A stretch of DNA of 64,000 bases from an uncultured Bacteroidales bacterium (GCA_947167635.1 CAMVIT010000006.1:4172-68171), one strand, 5' to 3'; positions 48,868 to 58,711 are shown, counted from the stretch's first letter. Numbers and translations are program-made. Notes: generated by a model from the sequence alone, not told the origin.

Positions 48868-49830
48868 ATGTTATACCTGCTGAATAAAAACACGACCTTG
48901 CAATTGATCATCTCCGCCTTTTTGCTGGCATGGAGCGGTTTCTGCATGTTCACTGGACTTTCTGTCGCGCCTCCTGACGGACATCCCTTGCTGTATGGAG
49001 CTATATATCCGTTTTTGAGCCAGCATCTTGTTTTCAGCAGAGCCCTTGCCATGGCCTTGCTGGTCCTTGAGGCTGTCTTCTTGCAGAGATTTTTTGCCGT
49101 CAACAGATTTTCGGAGAATAAAACGGCAATGTCCATTCTCTTTTTTTGGGGAATGATGATTGTAGGACATCAGCTGACGCTTCTTTCACCCGCCAACTTC
49201 ACGATGTTTGCCTTGACGCTCATCATGTTGATTAATACCAATGTGGTCAATGATTTTCCGCTGAAAAACAGGATTTTTATCTCCGGCATTATCATTGGCG
49301 TCGCTTCTTTGTTGGACATCAATGCGTTATGGATATTGTTGTTCTTGATTTTCGCCATTCTTACCAATAGGTTCTCTCGGATGAAAGATGTGATCATTCT
49401 TCTCTCAGGACTTCTCTTTGTCGCAGTGTATCTGTTCACCTATGGCTATCTGACAGACATGCTGCCGCAGTTGCTGGCCTCTTACAAGAAGGTTGATTTC
49501 TTCGGATTCATCGAACATGCGCGGGAGATGAGGGTGATAGACTGGGTCTCCACCGCTATGTTGTTGGCGACCAGCATTTACATGATTGTGGTCTTGAAAC
49601 TCTATTACGACAACAAGCTGATTGTGCTGCGCAATCGGTTTATGACGACGGTCTTTCTATGGTTGACGATGTTAGTTGCCGGATTCTTCTCCTGCTATGA
49701 CATGCAGGGTGGGCGCGTCTATATCTTTGTGCCGGTGGTGTTGTTATACAGCATGTTGTGTTTGGTCAAGAGTCGGCGGATTTTCCACGATATACTGATT
49801 GTCGCCATGTTTGTGTTGCTATGGTTTTAA
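48868..49830 (+). CDS. multi-pass membrane protein of unknown function
   Basis: About 320 aa with 8 or more hydrophobic segments. Start placed at MLYLLNKN. Confidence 0.65.
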   Translation: MLYLLNKNTTLQLIISAFLLAWSGFCMFTGLSVAPPDGHPLLYGAIYPFLSQHLVFSRALAMALLVLEAVFLQRFFAVNRFSENKTAMSILFFWGMMIVGHQLTLLSPANFTMFALTLIMLINTNVVNDFPLKNRIFISGIIIGVASLLDINALWILLFLIFAILTNRFSRMKDVIILLSGLLFVAVYLFTYGYLTDMLPQLLASYKKVDFFGFIEHAREMRVIDWVSTAMLLATSIYMIVVLKLYYDNKLIVLRNRFMTTVFLWLTMLVAGFFSCYDMQGGRVYIFVPVVLLYSMLCLVKSRRIFHDILIVAMFVLLWF

Positions 49831-50423
49831 AATCCCACTTTTCGGACACGCCTTGCGTCGAGTGCGGGTGCGATGAAGCCGGACGCGGCTGTCTGGCGGG
49901 TCCTGTTTGTGCCGCCGCCGTGATATTTCCATACGATTATGTGAATGATGAAATTAACGATTCCAAGCAACTGACGGCTAATCAGCGTGACAAATTGCGT
50001 GCCATCATCGAACGCGACGCGCTGGCTTACTGCGTGGTCGAGGTGTCAGAAAAGCGTATTGACGAGATCAACATCCTCAACGCCTCCATACAGGGCATGA
50101 ACGATGCGGTGGAGGGACTTTCCCTCCAACCGGAGTTTCTCCTGATTGACGGCAATCGTTTCAAAGACCGCTTGGGTATCCCGTACAAGTGTGTGGTCAA
50201 GGGCGATGCGACATATCTCTCCATCGCGGCGGCCTCTATCTTGGCCAAGACCCACCGCGATGCGCTGATGTCCCGCCTTGATGCCGAGTTCCCCGTGTAT
50301 GGTTGGAAAAAGAACAAAGGCTATCCCACACCCGAGCATGTCGCCGCTGTGATGCAACACGGCCTCACTCCTTACCATCGCCGCAGTTTCCACTTGAAAA
50401 ACCAGCTCAGTTTGGAATTTTGA
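49821..50423 (+). CDS. rnhB: ribonuclease HII
   Basis: CGCDEAGRGCLAGPV and DSKQL motifs. Start set at MVLKSHF, overlapping the upstream gene by 10 nt. Confidence 0.9.
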   Translation: MVLKSHFSDTPCVECGCDEAGRGCLAGPVCAAAVIFPYDYVNDEINDSKQLTANQRDKLRAIIERDALAYCVVEVSEKRIDEINILNASIQGMNDAVEGLSLQPEFLLIDGNRFKDRLGIPYKCVVKGDATYLSIAAASILAKTHRDALMSRLDAEFPVYGWKKNKGYPTPEHVAAVMQHGLTPYHRRSFHLKNQLSLEF

Positions 50424-50524
50424 TACCTGCAGAATGCAATGGTATAAAAGGAAGTTAAGAGCATAAACTGTTGACTGTTAATTCGTTTCAGAACATCCAT
50501 TCCCCAATATTAAACATCCAACAG

Positions 50525-51103
50525 CTATTGGATACCTAAGCTTTCCTCTATCTCCTGTTCGTTTTTTCCGAGCAGTTTGATATATTGTTCCAATTGGGCG
50601 GAGAGAGAGTCGCCGGGATTGCGGTTGATGTAGTCGCGGAATTCGTTTTCAGCGCTGCGCACGTCACCGAGAATATCATCGTAGATGATGCCGCGCTGGT
50701 AGTAGCAGAACTCGGTCTTGTCGCCGTTGGGGTACTGCTCCTGGTATTGGTTGAAGATGGCGATGGCTTGCTTGGCGTATTGGGCGGTATGGCTGCGGTC
50801 GGTGGCCGACTTGGCCAAGATCATGCTGCCCACGCCTGCGCGGTAGAGCATTTCAGGTGAAATCTCGTCCTTGGGATAGGCTGTCGCGAAGTCCACCGCC
50901 TTGCGGATGAAGCGCCCGAAGAGAGCCGTGTCGGTGCGCCCGCCAAAGTGATAGACGGAGTCGGCCATGTTGTAAAGCCCCACCACGTCGCGCTGCTTTT
51001 GGCCAAAGCTTCTCTTCTCGCCCTGTTTGGAAGTGTTGTTGTGGCAGCTTGCACACAGTACAACGGCGGCGATGAACAACAGAAGGTATGATGTGCGTCT
51101 CAT
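50525..51103 (-). CDS. TPR-like lipoprotein
   Basis: Signal peptide with lipobox LCASC. Helical-repeat-like composition. 192 aa. Confidence 0.6.
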   Translation of the reverse strand: MRRTSYLLLFIAAVVLCASCHNNTSKQGEKRSFGQKQRDVVGLYNMADSVYHFGGRTDTALFGRFIRKAVDFATAYPKDEISPEMLYRAGVGSMILAKSATDRSHTAQYAKQAIAIFNQYQEQYPNGDKTEFCYYQRGIIYDDILGDVRSAENEFRDYINRNPGDSLSAQLEQYIKLLGKNEQEIEESLGIQ

Positions 51104-51109
51104 GTCGGT

Positions 51110-51664
51110 CTATTTTCGGTGAATGGTCTTGTAGCTGGCCTTGGTCTTGCCAGCGGCAATGTCGTTGAGCTGGCGTTTCAGCACCATTTTCTTGATGGGG
51201 GAGAGACGGTCCACGAAGACCTTGCCGTCAAGGTGGTCGTACTCGTGTTGGATGACGCGGGCCACGATGCCGCTGATGTCCTCCTCGTGGAATTGGCCGT
51301 TCTCGTCGTAGTACTCGATGTGGATGTTGGACTTCCGGGTGACATCCTCGCTGATCTGGGGCAGGCTCAGGCAGCCCTCGCTGAAGACGAAGTCGTCACC
51401 CCATTCCTCTGTGATGACGGGGTTGATGAAGGCGCCTTTGCGGAGGTTTTCGTTGGGGTATGACTCGCGGAACGGTTCGGCATCGATGACGAAGAGGCGG
51501 ATGGCCTTGCCGATCTGGGGCGCGGCCAATCCCACGCCGTTGGCATGGTACATGGTCTCGAACATGTCGGCAATCAAGGGTTTCCAATCGGTGTTTTCCA
51601 CATCGACCTCTTCGGCCGTTTTTCTCAGTACGGGCTCGCCGTACACATAAATCGGTAGTATCAT
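51110..51664 (-). CDS. def: peptide deformylase
   Basis: GVGLAAPQIG, EGCLS and QHEYDHLDG motifs. Confidence 0.95.
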   Translation of the reverse strand: MILPIYVYGEPVLRKTAEEVDVENTDWKPLIADMFETMYHANGVGLAAPQIGKAIRLFVIDAEPFRESYPNENLRKGAFINPVITEEWGDDFVFSEGCLSLPQISEDVTRKSNIHIEYYDENGQFHEEDISGIVARVIQHEYDHLDGKVFVDRLSPIKKMVLKRQLNDIAAGKTKASYKTIHRK

Positions 51665-52113
51665 AGGTTGTTTTCTCTTTGTTTAATCATGTCTTGTTGC
51701 TCCATGTAGGATTGCAGGATTATGGTTGCGCTCATCTTGTCCACCAAGGCCTTGTTTTGCCGTTCCTTTTTGCTCAAGCCGATGTCGATCATGGTCTGGA
51801 AAGCGATGCGGGAGGTGAAGCGCTCGTCCATGCGGGCAAGGGTGGTGCCGGGCGAGATGTTGGGCAGCTCCTTGCGCAGGCGCTTGACGAAGGGCTCCAC
51901 GAAGCGCGCCGAGTCGGAGGGCGTGTTGTCGAGCTTGCGAGGCTCACCGACTACCACGACGTCAACCTTCTCCTTCTGCAGATAGGCTTTCAGGAAATCG
52001 AAGGCCTGCGCCACAGGAATGGTGTCCAATGCGTTGGCGCAAATCTGCAGCTCGTCGGTGACGGCAAAGCCGACCCTTTTTTGTCCGTAATCTATAGCTA
52101 AAATGCGTCCCAT
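51661..52113 (-). CDS. ruvX: Holliday junction resolvase-like RuvX (YqgF)
   Basis: Starts MGRILAIDYGQKRVGFAV. 4-nt overlap with def. The -7 box at 52126-52133 excludes the longer start. Confidence 0.88.
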   Translation of the reverse strand: MGRILAIDYGQKRVGFAVTDELQICANALDTIPVAQAFDFLKAYLQKEKVDVVVVGEPRKLDNTPSDSARFVEPFVKRLRKELPNISPGTTLARMDERFTSRIAFQTMIDIGLSKKERQNKALVDKMSATIILQSYMEQQDMIKQRENNL

Positions 52114-52125
52114 AATAAGTGGCGG

Positions 52126-52133
52126 CAAAGATA
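52126..52133 (-). promoter_or_regulatory. -7 box (TATCTTTG) for ruvX-def
   Basis: Minus-strand TATCTTTGCCGCC lies 12 nt upstream of the ATG at 52113. Confidence 0.5.
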
Positions 52134-52188
52134 CTAAAAAAGATGAAAAATGCGCCTCTTTCTTGGAGACGCATGTGATCGTAAAGGG

Positions 52189-52263
52189 TGGGAACTACTA
52201 GGTTCGAACTAGTGACCCCCTGCTTGTAAGGCAGGTGCTCTGAACCAACTGAGCTAAGCTCCC
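52189..52263 (-). tRNA. tRNA-Val (anticodon TAC)
   Basis: The reverse complement folds as acceptor gggagct/agttccc, anticodon stem cctgc/gcagg with loop CTTACAA, and T-arm actag-TTCGAAC-ctagt. Confidence 0.9.
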
Positions 52264-52277
52264 GTTTTTCGAGGGTG

Positions 52278-52285
52278 CAAAAATA
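52278..52285 (-). promoter_or_regulatory. -7 box (TATTTTTG) for tRNA-Val
   Basis: Minus-strand TATTTTTGCACCC lies 15 nt upstream of the tRNA 5' end. Confidence 0.5.
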
Positions 52286-52350
52286 TCATTTTTTTTGAAT
52301 CCAGCACCCTGGGATTTGATAAATATGTTTTTGTTCTGATAATAAGATTC

Positions 52351-52926
52351 TTAGAACTGGAAGCCTGCGCAGATGTTGATGAATTGTGGGTGGTCGCCAT
52401 CTTTGTTTTGGAAATATTTCAAAAGACTGTAGCGATAGTTGACACCCAAGACGATGGGGCCGAATTTCATGTCGAAGCCGGTGGTCAGCAGCGCCTGGTT
52501 GGTGTTAAGCGTTTTTTTGTCATATCCGAGCTCGTTTTTCGTGACCTGCAGGACAGGCTGGTAGATGACACCCACAAAGGGCAGGAATGCCGATTTCCGG
52601 CCGAGCTGCACGTTGCCGACGAGTTTGACAGGGACCTGGATGTGGCGGGTCTCCACCTTCTGGTCGGTGAGCCCTAATGTGTTGTTGGTGAAAGTGCCTT
52701 TGTAGAAAGCATATCCGACACCGATTTCTGCATAGACATATTTTCCTGCGCGGAAAAAGAGGCCGAATTCGCCATTGGCAAGGCCTTCAAGCTTGTCTTC
52801 GTATGAATAGTCCTTGTTGATGGAGAAGGTGGTGCCCAATTTAAAACCGAATTGAGTCCATTTCTGGGCGTGGATGCTGGTGCAGCCAAATGTAATCAGC
52901 AAAAGTACAAATACTGCTTTTTTCAT
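52351..52926 (-). CDS. small outer-membrane beta-barrel protein
   Basis: 191 aa with a signal peptide. Alternating beta-strand pattern. C-terminal ...CAGFQF. Confidence 0.7.
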   Translation of the reverse strand: MKKAVFVLLLITFGCTSIHAQKWTQFGFKLGTTFSINKDYSYEDKLEGLANGEFGLFFRAGKYVYAEIGVGYAFYKGTFTNNTLGLTDQKVETRHIQVPVKLVGNVQLGRKSAFLPFVGVIYQPVLQVTKNELGYDKKTLNTNQALLTTGFDMKFGPIVLGVNYRYSLLKYFQNKDGDHPQFINICAGFQF

Positions 52927-53534
52927 GACTGTGGTTCTTTGGTGGTTGTTTCAGATGTCGGATGGGTGTTGTTGAATTGATTCATAGTGTGTTGCAGACC
53001 TGCCGTGGCGAAGGACTTGACGGCCTCCACCGCGCGTTGGATGCAGGGGTCCACAAGTTTGAGTTCCTCGCTGGAGAAACGCCCCAGCACATAGTCGACT
53101 TGGTACCCCATGGCGAAGTCCTTGCCGATGCCGCAGCGCAGCCGCGGGAAGTTGGAGTGGCCCAGTTGCTCGATGATGTTGTTGAGCCCGTTGTGGGAGC
53201 CGCCACCGCCCTTGGGCTTGATTTTGAAGCTGCCGAGGGGGAGGTCGAGGTCGTCGCAGATCACCATGCAGTGGTCGGGTGCGATCTCTTCGGCATTGAG
53301 CCAATATTTGACCGCCTTGCCGCTGAGGTTCATGTAGGTGGTGGGCATCACCAACACGAGTGTGCGCCCTTTGTAGGTGGCACGGGCCACGTAAGCGAGG
53401 CGGTCCACCGAGAAGGTCGCCTTGAGGTTCGCCGCGACGGCATTGACCACTTCGAAGCCGTAGTTGTGCCTCGTGCCGGCATATTGCTGTTCGGCGTTGC
53501 CAAGTCCTACTATAAGGTATTTCTTATCGTTCAT
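52923..53534 (-). CDS. pth: peptidyl-tRNA hydrolase
   Basis: LIVGLGNAEQQYAGTRHNYGF and GGGSHNGL motifs. Confidence 0.93.
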   Translation of the reverse strand: MNDKKYLIVGLGNAEQQYAGTRHNYGFEVVNAVAANLKATFSVDRLAYVARATYKGRTLVLVMPTTYMNLSGKAVKYWLNAEEIAPDHCMVICDDLDLPLGSFKIKPKGGGGSHNGLNNIIEQLGHSNFPRLRCGIGKDFAMGYQVDYVLGRFSSEELKLVDPCIQRAVEAVKSFATAGLQHTMNQFNNTHPTSETTTKEPQS

Positions 53535-54105
53535 CGTCGTCTTTTTCAGTGGATTTTTCCTCCTCTGACGTCATGTTTACAAAGAAGGTGAAATTGAGTT
53601 TGCCGTAAATTCTGTGTTGGTAGAAATTGGGATGGGCGGAAAAGTCGTGTTCCTTGGAGTGCTCCATGACCAGCCAGCCGTCAGGGTTGAGTAAGTCGTT
53701 GGCAAAAACGTTGTCGATGATTTTTCCGATGCCCTCCAATTGGTAGGGAGGGTCGGCGAAGATGATGTCGAATTTCGTTCGGCATTTTTCCGTGTATGCG
53801 AAAGCATCCTGACGAACGACGGCGGCATTGTGGTAGTCTAACTGCTCGAGCGTGCGTTGTATGAAACGGGTGCAGCGTGGGTCAATATCCACGGCTACAA
53901 CAGACTGGGCTCCTCTGGAGGCGAATTCGTAGGTGATGTTGCCGGTGCCGGAAAACAGGTCGAGCACGCGCACACGATCGAAGAAGAAGTAGTTGTTCAG
54001 AATGTTGAACAAGCTCTCCTTGCCAAGATCGGTGGTGGGTCGCACGGGGAGGTTTTCTGGCGCCACGATGTGGCGTCCCCTGTTTTTTCCGCTGATGATT
54101 CTCAT
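53524..54105 (-). CDS. rsmD: 16S rRNA (guanine966-N2)-methyltransferase
   Basis: MRIISGKNRGR...PTTD, DLFSGTG and ADPPY motifs. Confidence 0.9.
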   Translation of the reverse strand: MRIISGKNRGRHIVAPENLPVRPTTDLGKESLFNILNNYFFFDRVRVLDLFSGTGNITYEFASRGAQSVVAVDIDPRCTRFIQRTLEQLDYHNAAVVRQDAFAYTEKCRTKFDIIFADPPYQLEGIGKIIDNVFANDLLNPDGWLVMEHSKEHDFSAHPNFYQHRIYGKLNFTFFVNMTSEEEKSTEKDDDER

Positions 54106-54797
54106 TACAAGATGGTTATGTTGTCAATGTAGTTTGCCAACAGGTCGGTCAGCTTTTTGTTGGTTTTGTCAAAATTCTGGACATACAACATGGGATCGCT
54201 CAATCCGAGTTGCTGGACGCTGTTCAGCGTGTAATACAGCAGGTCCACGTTTTCGATGTGGTGTGTGCGGTTGATGAGCAGAATCTCGCCTTTTTGGACG
54301 GCAAGAATGTCGGCAAAGGATTTGTTGATGGAAAGCAGCACGGAGGAGATGTGCTGCTGGTCTTGCAAGAAACGGTATAGCAGTGTGGCTTCGCTCAGGA
54401 AACGGGGCGTGCACGGCAATCCCGCCAACGTGGAGTATTCGTTCTGGGTGAGGAAATACAGCGACTTGTAGTGCCCCAAGGTGTCGCAAAAGTGCTGGCC
54501 ATACTGGGACAGGTCGAATTGTGTCTCCAGATAGGCGCGTGATTTGCTCTCATCGTATATGACATCAGGCACGAGCAGGGGCATCCTGGTGGCGATGACG
54601 ATGTCGATGGCTTGTCCGGAGTCTTGCTCCATGTTGAAAAAACGGGGCGCTTTGTCGGAGATGAGCGCGTTTTCTGCTGCAGGGTAGAATGCATCTTGGT
54701 ATTTGCCGTCGTCACGGAGGCAATAAAGCGAAAATCCATCCGGAGTGAGTCGGATGGATCTCGTATAACATTGGGTCAATAAAGAGTTCATGGCCAT
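54105..54797 (-). CDS. DUF3822-family protein
   Basis: 230 aa, translationally coupled upstream of rsmD, a conserved Bacteroidota arrangement. The family call is from memory. Confidence 0.6.
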   Translation of the reverse strand: MAMNSLLTQCYTRSIRLTPDGFSLYCLRDDGKYQDAFYPAAENALISDKAPRFFNMEQDSGQAIDIVIATRMPLLVPDVIYDESKSRAYLETQFDLSQYGQHFCDTLGHYKSLYFLTQNEYSTLAGLPCTPRFLSEATLLYRFLQDQQHISSVLLSINKSFADILAVQKGEILLINRTHHIENVDLLYYTLNSVQQLGLSDPMLYVQNFDKTNKKLTDLLANYIDNITIL

Positions 54798-55474
54798 TAT
54801 TCCCAGCTGCCGGTGGTGCTGGCCTCGGTGAGGGAGCCCATGTACATGTCGGCGTATTGGTCTCTGTATTGTTTCTCTTCGGAAAGGTTGTTGTAGAAAA
54901 TCTTGTTCCAGAGCTTGCTCAGAACACCTGAGCTCTCGGGGCTGATGCTGCGCTCCATGTTGACCAGGATGTCATCCAAGGGAACATCGATGCGATAGAC
55001 GGGAATTTCATACGTGCGGGATGCGATGGAGCCCGTCTGGATCTCATATTGCTTCTTGTCGCTGAAGGGGATGTACTGGAAATTCTTGAAGTTCTCGGCC
55101 GTCAACTTGTGGTCAATGTCGAGCATTTTCTCGATGGCGGGCACGTCCACGACCTCTTTGTGGATGAGGCCGAGCTTGAAGGCCTGGGCCTCGCTCATGG
55201 TGTCGGGGAAGTTACCGACGTTTTTCTCAATCTGCACGGTTCCGTTGTTGACAAAATCAACGAGACTGTCCATGGAGGAAGCATATTTTTTGTAAACGGT
55301 CTTGTAAATGGCCTGGGCGCTTCGGATGGTCGTGAGGTTCGTGACGTTGGCAGACTTGCGGAGTTCGTACACTTGTCTGAATTTTTCGGGACGCATGATG
55401 CTTCGAGCAGCGAAAATGGCTAAGACCAAAGCTGCAAGGATCAGGATAACGGTGAAAATCTTTCTAGTTTTCAT
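54797..55474 (-). CDS. membrane-anchored hypothetical protein
   Basis: 225 aa with a single N-terminal TM segment. 1-nt overlap with the downstream gene. Confidence 0.6.
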   Translation of the reverse strand: MKTRKIFTVILILAALVLAIFAARSIMRPEKFRQVYELRKSANVTNLTTIRSAQAIYKTVYKKYASSMDSLVDFVNNGTVQIEKNVGNFPDTMSEAQAFKLGLIHKEVVDVPAIEKMLDIDHKLTAENFKNFQYIPFSDKKQYEIQTGSIASRTYEIPVYRIDVPLDDILVNMERSISPESSGVLSKLWNKIFYNNLSEEKQYRDQYADMYMGSLTEASTTGSWE

Positions 55475-55587
55475 AACTTATTTGGATTATATTTTTTTTC
55501 TTTAAAAATTGCGGGCAAAAGTAGTAAAAAATCCTCTATCTTCATATAATACTTTTAAAAAAAAATCAATGCTTGACTGTCAGCAAA

Positions 55588-56223
55588 TTAGAAGGTGATG
55601 CGGTGGATGCCCGGCGCGTGTTTTTCCTCAATCAGACGGCGCAGGCAGTCGTAGTCCTCTTTCCGCTCGACAAAGTCCAGACGGGCCGTCTCCACTAACA
55701 AAATGGGCAGGGTGGGGTGTTGCTCGAAGTAGGTGATGTAGCTGTTCTGGATGTCCTGTAAGTACTGCGCCGTGATCTCCTGCTCGTATTCCCGGCCTCG
55801 CTTGGCGATGTTCTGCAGCAGATGTTGTGTGTCGTTGTAAAGGTATAAAATGAGGTCCGGTTTGGGAAGGAAGGATGAGATGGTGTCAAAAACGTTCTTG
55901 TAGAGGTTGTATTCGTCTGTCAGCAGATTGTTTTTCGAAAAGATGATGCACTTGTCGATGAAGTAGTCCCCCACGACGGCTTCCGTGAAGAGGTCGCGGG
56001 CGGAAAGCAGTGATTTGAGCTGCTGGTAGCGGTCCATCAGGAAGGTCATCTCCACGGGAAAAGCGTAATGGACGGGGTCTTTGTAGAATTTCGGCAGGAA
56101 AGGGTTGTCCGCGAAGCGCTCCAGGACGAGCTCCGCGTTATAGTCGGCGGCAAACATTTTGGCCAGGGTGGTTTTCCCGGCACCGATGCATCCTTCGACA
56201 ACTATGTAATTGTAGGGTGTCAT
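55588..56223 (-). CDS. deoxynucleoside kinase
   Basis: P-loop VVEGCIGAGKTTLAKMF and the ERF...NPFL layout typical of dNK/dGK. Confidence 0.88.
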   Translation of the reverse strand: MTPYNYIVVEGCIGAGKTTLAKMFAADYNAELVLERFADNPFLPKFYKDPVHYAFPVEMTFLMDRYQQLKSLLSARDLFTEAVVGDYFIDKCIIFSKNNLLTDEYNLYKNVFDTISSFLPKPDLILYLYNDTQHLLQNIAKRGREYEQEITAQYLQDIQNSYITYFEQHPTLPILLVETARLDFVERKEDYDCLRRLIEEKHAPGIHRITF

Positions 56224-56241
56224 ATTGTGATAACGTCAAGG

Positions 56242-56715
56242 TCAAAAACTATCGTGTTCAAGGTGGAACGCTTCGCCCGGCCTGTCTTCCACAATGCGGA
56301 CGCCCAGCTCGGCGAGTTCTGTCCGCACGAAGTCGCGCTCCGGGATATGGGGATGCGGCAGGGTCAACCGTTCGTCATGGTAGCTCATGCCGTCGTAATC
56401 GAGGATGTCCAAGTCGATGGTACGGCTGCTATAGACGGCGGCCCCGTGCTCGATGCGGGTCTTCGTGGTCCGGCCGAGCTCGCGCTCGATGGATTGCAAC
56501 TCGTCTAACAGTTCCAATGGCGTCAGATAGGTGCGAAGCACCAAAGACTGGTTCAGGAACGGGGGTGCGTCGAAGCCCCAGGCGTCCGTTTCCGTGACGC
56601 GGGAGCAGCGCTCAATACTCCCCACACGCTCCGCCATGCGCATGATGGCTCGTGCGAGGTGGCCGGCGCGGTCACCCAGGTTGCTGCCCAAACCGATGAT
56701 TGCCCGTTTTGTCAT
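56242..56715 (-). CDS. folK: 2-amino-4-hydroxy-6-hydroxymethyldihydropteridine diphosphokinase
   Basis: IGLGSNLGDR, IDLDIL and LPHPHIPERDFV motifs. Confidence 0.92.
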   Translation of the reverse strand: MTKRAIIGLGSNLGDRAGHLARAIMRMAERVGSIERCSRVTETDAWGFDAPPFLNQSLVLRTYLTPLELLDELQSIERELGRTTKTRIEHGAAVYSSRTIDLDILDYDGMSYHDERLTLPHPHIPERDFVRTELAELGVRIVEDRPGEAFHLEHDSF

Positions 56716-56723
56716 AGCGGCGG

Positions 56724-56731
56724 CAAAGATA
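56724..56731 (-). promoter_or_regulatory. -7 box (TATCTTTG) for folK, very short leader
   Basis: Minus-strand TATCTTTGCCGCCGCTATGAC. This is the same 19-nt promoter/start module as queA. Confidence 0.5.
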
Positions 56732-56755
56732 AAAAAAATGCCCGCATGCGGGCAT
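56731..56755 (-). terminator. strong orphan hairpin terminator with no annotated gene upstream of it
   Basis: Perfect palindrome atgcccgc-atgc... (7-bp stem, 4-nt loop) followed on the minus strand by T8. Confidence 0.6.
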
Positions 56756-57118
56756 CTCTTTCGTTATTTGTTTTTAATTGTTGATGATCATGACCGTCGG
56801 CCCGCAAGCGGTGGAAAACATTACCAAAGACTGTGAATACATTAAGAGATTGTCGATGATACGGCGGGAAGGTCTCTCTCTCTTGGCGGTCTTTTTCTTT
56901 GAATGGGTAGAGGTTATCTCCATGGGCAATTAATTTGATGAATAAATGCAATGTGGTTGTATAACGGCATATGTTTTGAAATATTATACGTCCTCCATTT
57001 TTTTTGCCGGCGGGGGAACATTGCTTGACGATGTCACAAGGCGTGCCCGCGGCACAGGCTGCTTTCCCGGCACATTGTTTAAGCGAATCTTGGCGCTTGA
57101 CCCTAATCCCTTTTTTTG

Positions 57119-57126
57119 TATTTTTG
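57119..57126 (+). promoter_or_regulatory. -7 box (TATTTTTG)
   Basis: TATTTTTGCAGCC lies 13 nt upstream of the ATG at 57139. Confidence 0.5.
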
Positions 57127-57138
57127 CAGCCTAAATAA

Positions 57139-57708
57139 TTGGCGATGGAAGGATGGACCCTCTTCATGGATCGCGACGGCGTGGTGAATGTGCAGATTGT
57201 GGATGGCTATGTGCTGCGCCCCGAACAATTCACCTATACGCCCCATTTCTTGGAGGCGATGCGACTGGTGCGCCCCCGCTTCCAACACATCATCCTTGTC
57301 ACCAACCAGCAATGCGTGGGCAAGGGTCTCTGCTCCCAGGAAGACATTGATGCGATTCATGGCCGTCTCCAAGGACAGCTTGAGGTGCAGGGAACCCCTT
57401 TCGACCGTGTTTACTGCTGCCCTCATCTGGCAGAGGATTTCTGCACATGCCGAAAACCCAACATCGGTATGTTCCTGCAGGCACTCCATGACTTTCCCGA
57501 CATAGATCCTGCACGGTCATTGATGGTGGGAGACACCCTCTCCGACATGCAGTTCGCGCGCAATGCCGGCATATATGCCATCCATGTGGGTGCTGTCCGC
57601 CATCCTGAGTTCGAGACAGTCATGGACATTGCATCCTCGCATTTCGGCTCCCTGTACGATTTCGCCCTCCATTTGGAAGATATTCTCCCCGTCTTATACA
57701 AATCCTGA
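57139..57708 (+). CDS. gmhB: HAD-IIIA phosphatase, D,D-heptose 1,7-bisphosphate phosphatase-like
   Basis: FMDRDGVVN, LVTNQ and VGDTLSD motifs. The substrate call is inferred from the family only. Confidence 0.7.
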   Translation: MAMEGWTLFMDRDGVVNVQIVDGYVLRPEQFTYTPHFLEAMRLVRPRFQHIILVTNQQCVGKGLCSQEDIDAIHGRLQGQLEVQGTPFDRVYCCPHLAEDFCTCRKPNIGMFLQALHDFPDIDPARSLMVGDTLSDMQFARNAGIYAIHVGAVRHPEFETVMDIASSHFGSLYDFALHLEDILPVLYKS

Positions 57709-58577
57709 TGTTTGTTACATATTTCTTTATATATCTGATCTGTTATCCGCTTTCACTGCTCCCGCTGCCTGTCCTTTACTTGCTTGCCGGGCCTTTATAC
57801 TTGGTGCTCAACTATGTTGTGCGCTATCGGAGGAAAGTGGTGGAGGAGAACCTGAGAAAATCCTTTCCCGAAAAAAATAGCAAGGAATTACGTCGCCTTC
57901 GCAACCGGTATTACTGGCATCTTTCCCAAATTGCGCTGGAGATGGTTAAAATGCTGACCATTTCTCGTAGGAGTCTGCAACGGCGCTATCATTGCGTGAA
58001 TCCGGAAGTGCCCAATGATTTTTTCGGACAGGGCAGAAGTGTCATCCTGATGTCCTCGCATTACAACAACTGGGAGTGGATGATTGTCTCCTTGGAAGAG
58101 ATGTTCCTGCATCACGGAATAGGTGTGGGCAAAGGCAATTCCGACAAGGTGTTTGAAAAGTTGGTGAACCGCGCCCGTACCCGCTGCGGCACACAGGTGG
58201 TTTTCGCGGACACCGTGCGCGAGACGTTCGAGGAGTACGAAACCCAACACCGTCCGGCAGCCTACATGATGCTCAGCGACCAGTCACCCAACAGCAAAAA
58301 GAAGTGCTATGTGACACAATTCCTCAATCAGAAGACAGGGGTTGTCTTCGGTGCCGAGCATTTTGCCCGGAAATATGACATTCCAGTGCTCTACTATGAG
58401 GTGATCAAAGATCGGATGGGCAAGTACCGTGTTGAAGTGCAACTCATCGCCGAACACCCCAACGACCTGCCCGAGTATGCCATCACCCAACGCTATGTGG
58501 AGCTGCTCGAACAGACCATCCGCCGGCAGCCCGCCTTCTGGCTTTGGAGCCACAGACGGTGGAAGTTCCAGTTTTAA
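57708..58577 (+). CDS. lipid A biosynthesis (LpxL/HtrB-like) lysophospholipid acyltransferase
   Basis: N-terminal TM segment. SSHYNNWEW corresponds to the HX4(D/E) acyltransferase motif. 289 aa. Confidence 0.75.
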   Translation: MFVTYFFIYLICYPLSLLPLPVLYLLAGPLYLVLNYVVRYRRKVVEENLRKSFPEKNSKELRRLRNRYYWHLSQIALEMVKMLTISRRSLQRRYHCVNPEVPNDFFGQGRSVILMSSHYNNWEWMIVSLEEMFLHHGIGVGKGNSDKVFEKLVNRARTRCGTQVVFADTVRETFEEYETQHRPAAYMMLSDQSPNSKKKCYVTQFLNQKTGVVFGAEHFARKYDIPVLYYEVIKDRMGKYRVEVQLIAEHPNDLPEYAITQRYVELLEQTIRRQPAFWLWSHRRWKFQF

Positions 58578-58711
58578 AAAGGTATTACGGACGTGTTTTG
58601 CTGTTGCTGGAGACACATGATGGACACGGGAAAATGAATTGAAAATGGCGAGAAATTCGGAATGGATAGGATAAAAATATAAGACTGTGTCAAAAAGAAC
58701 AACATTTTTGC

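Noticed and set aside
56712-57167. 151-aa minus-strand ORF filling the folK/gmhB intergenic region.
   Set aside because: It reads through a perfect terminator hairpin and the folK promoter, overlaps the folK start, and has no promoter box. It is probably spurious.
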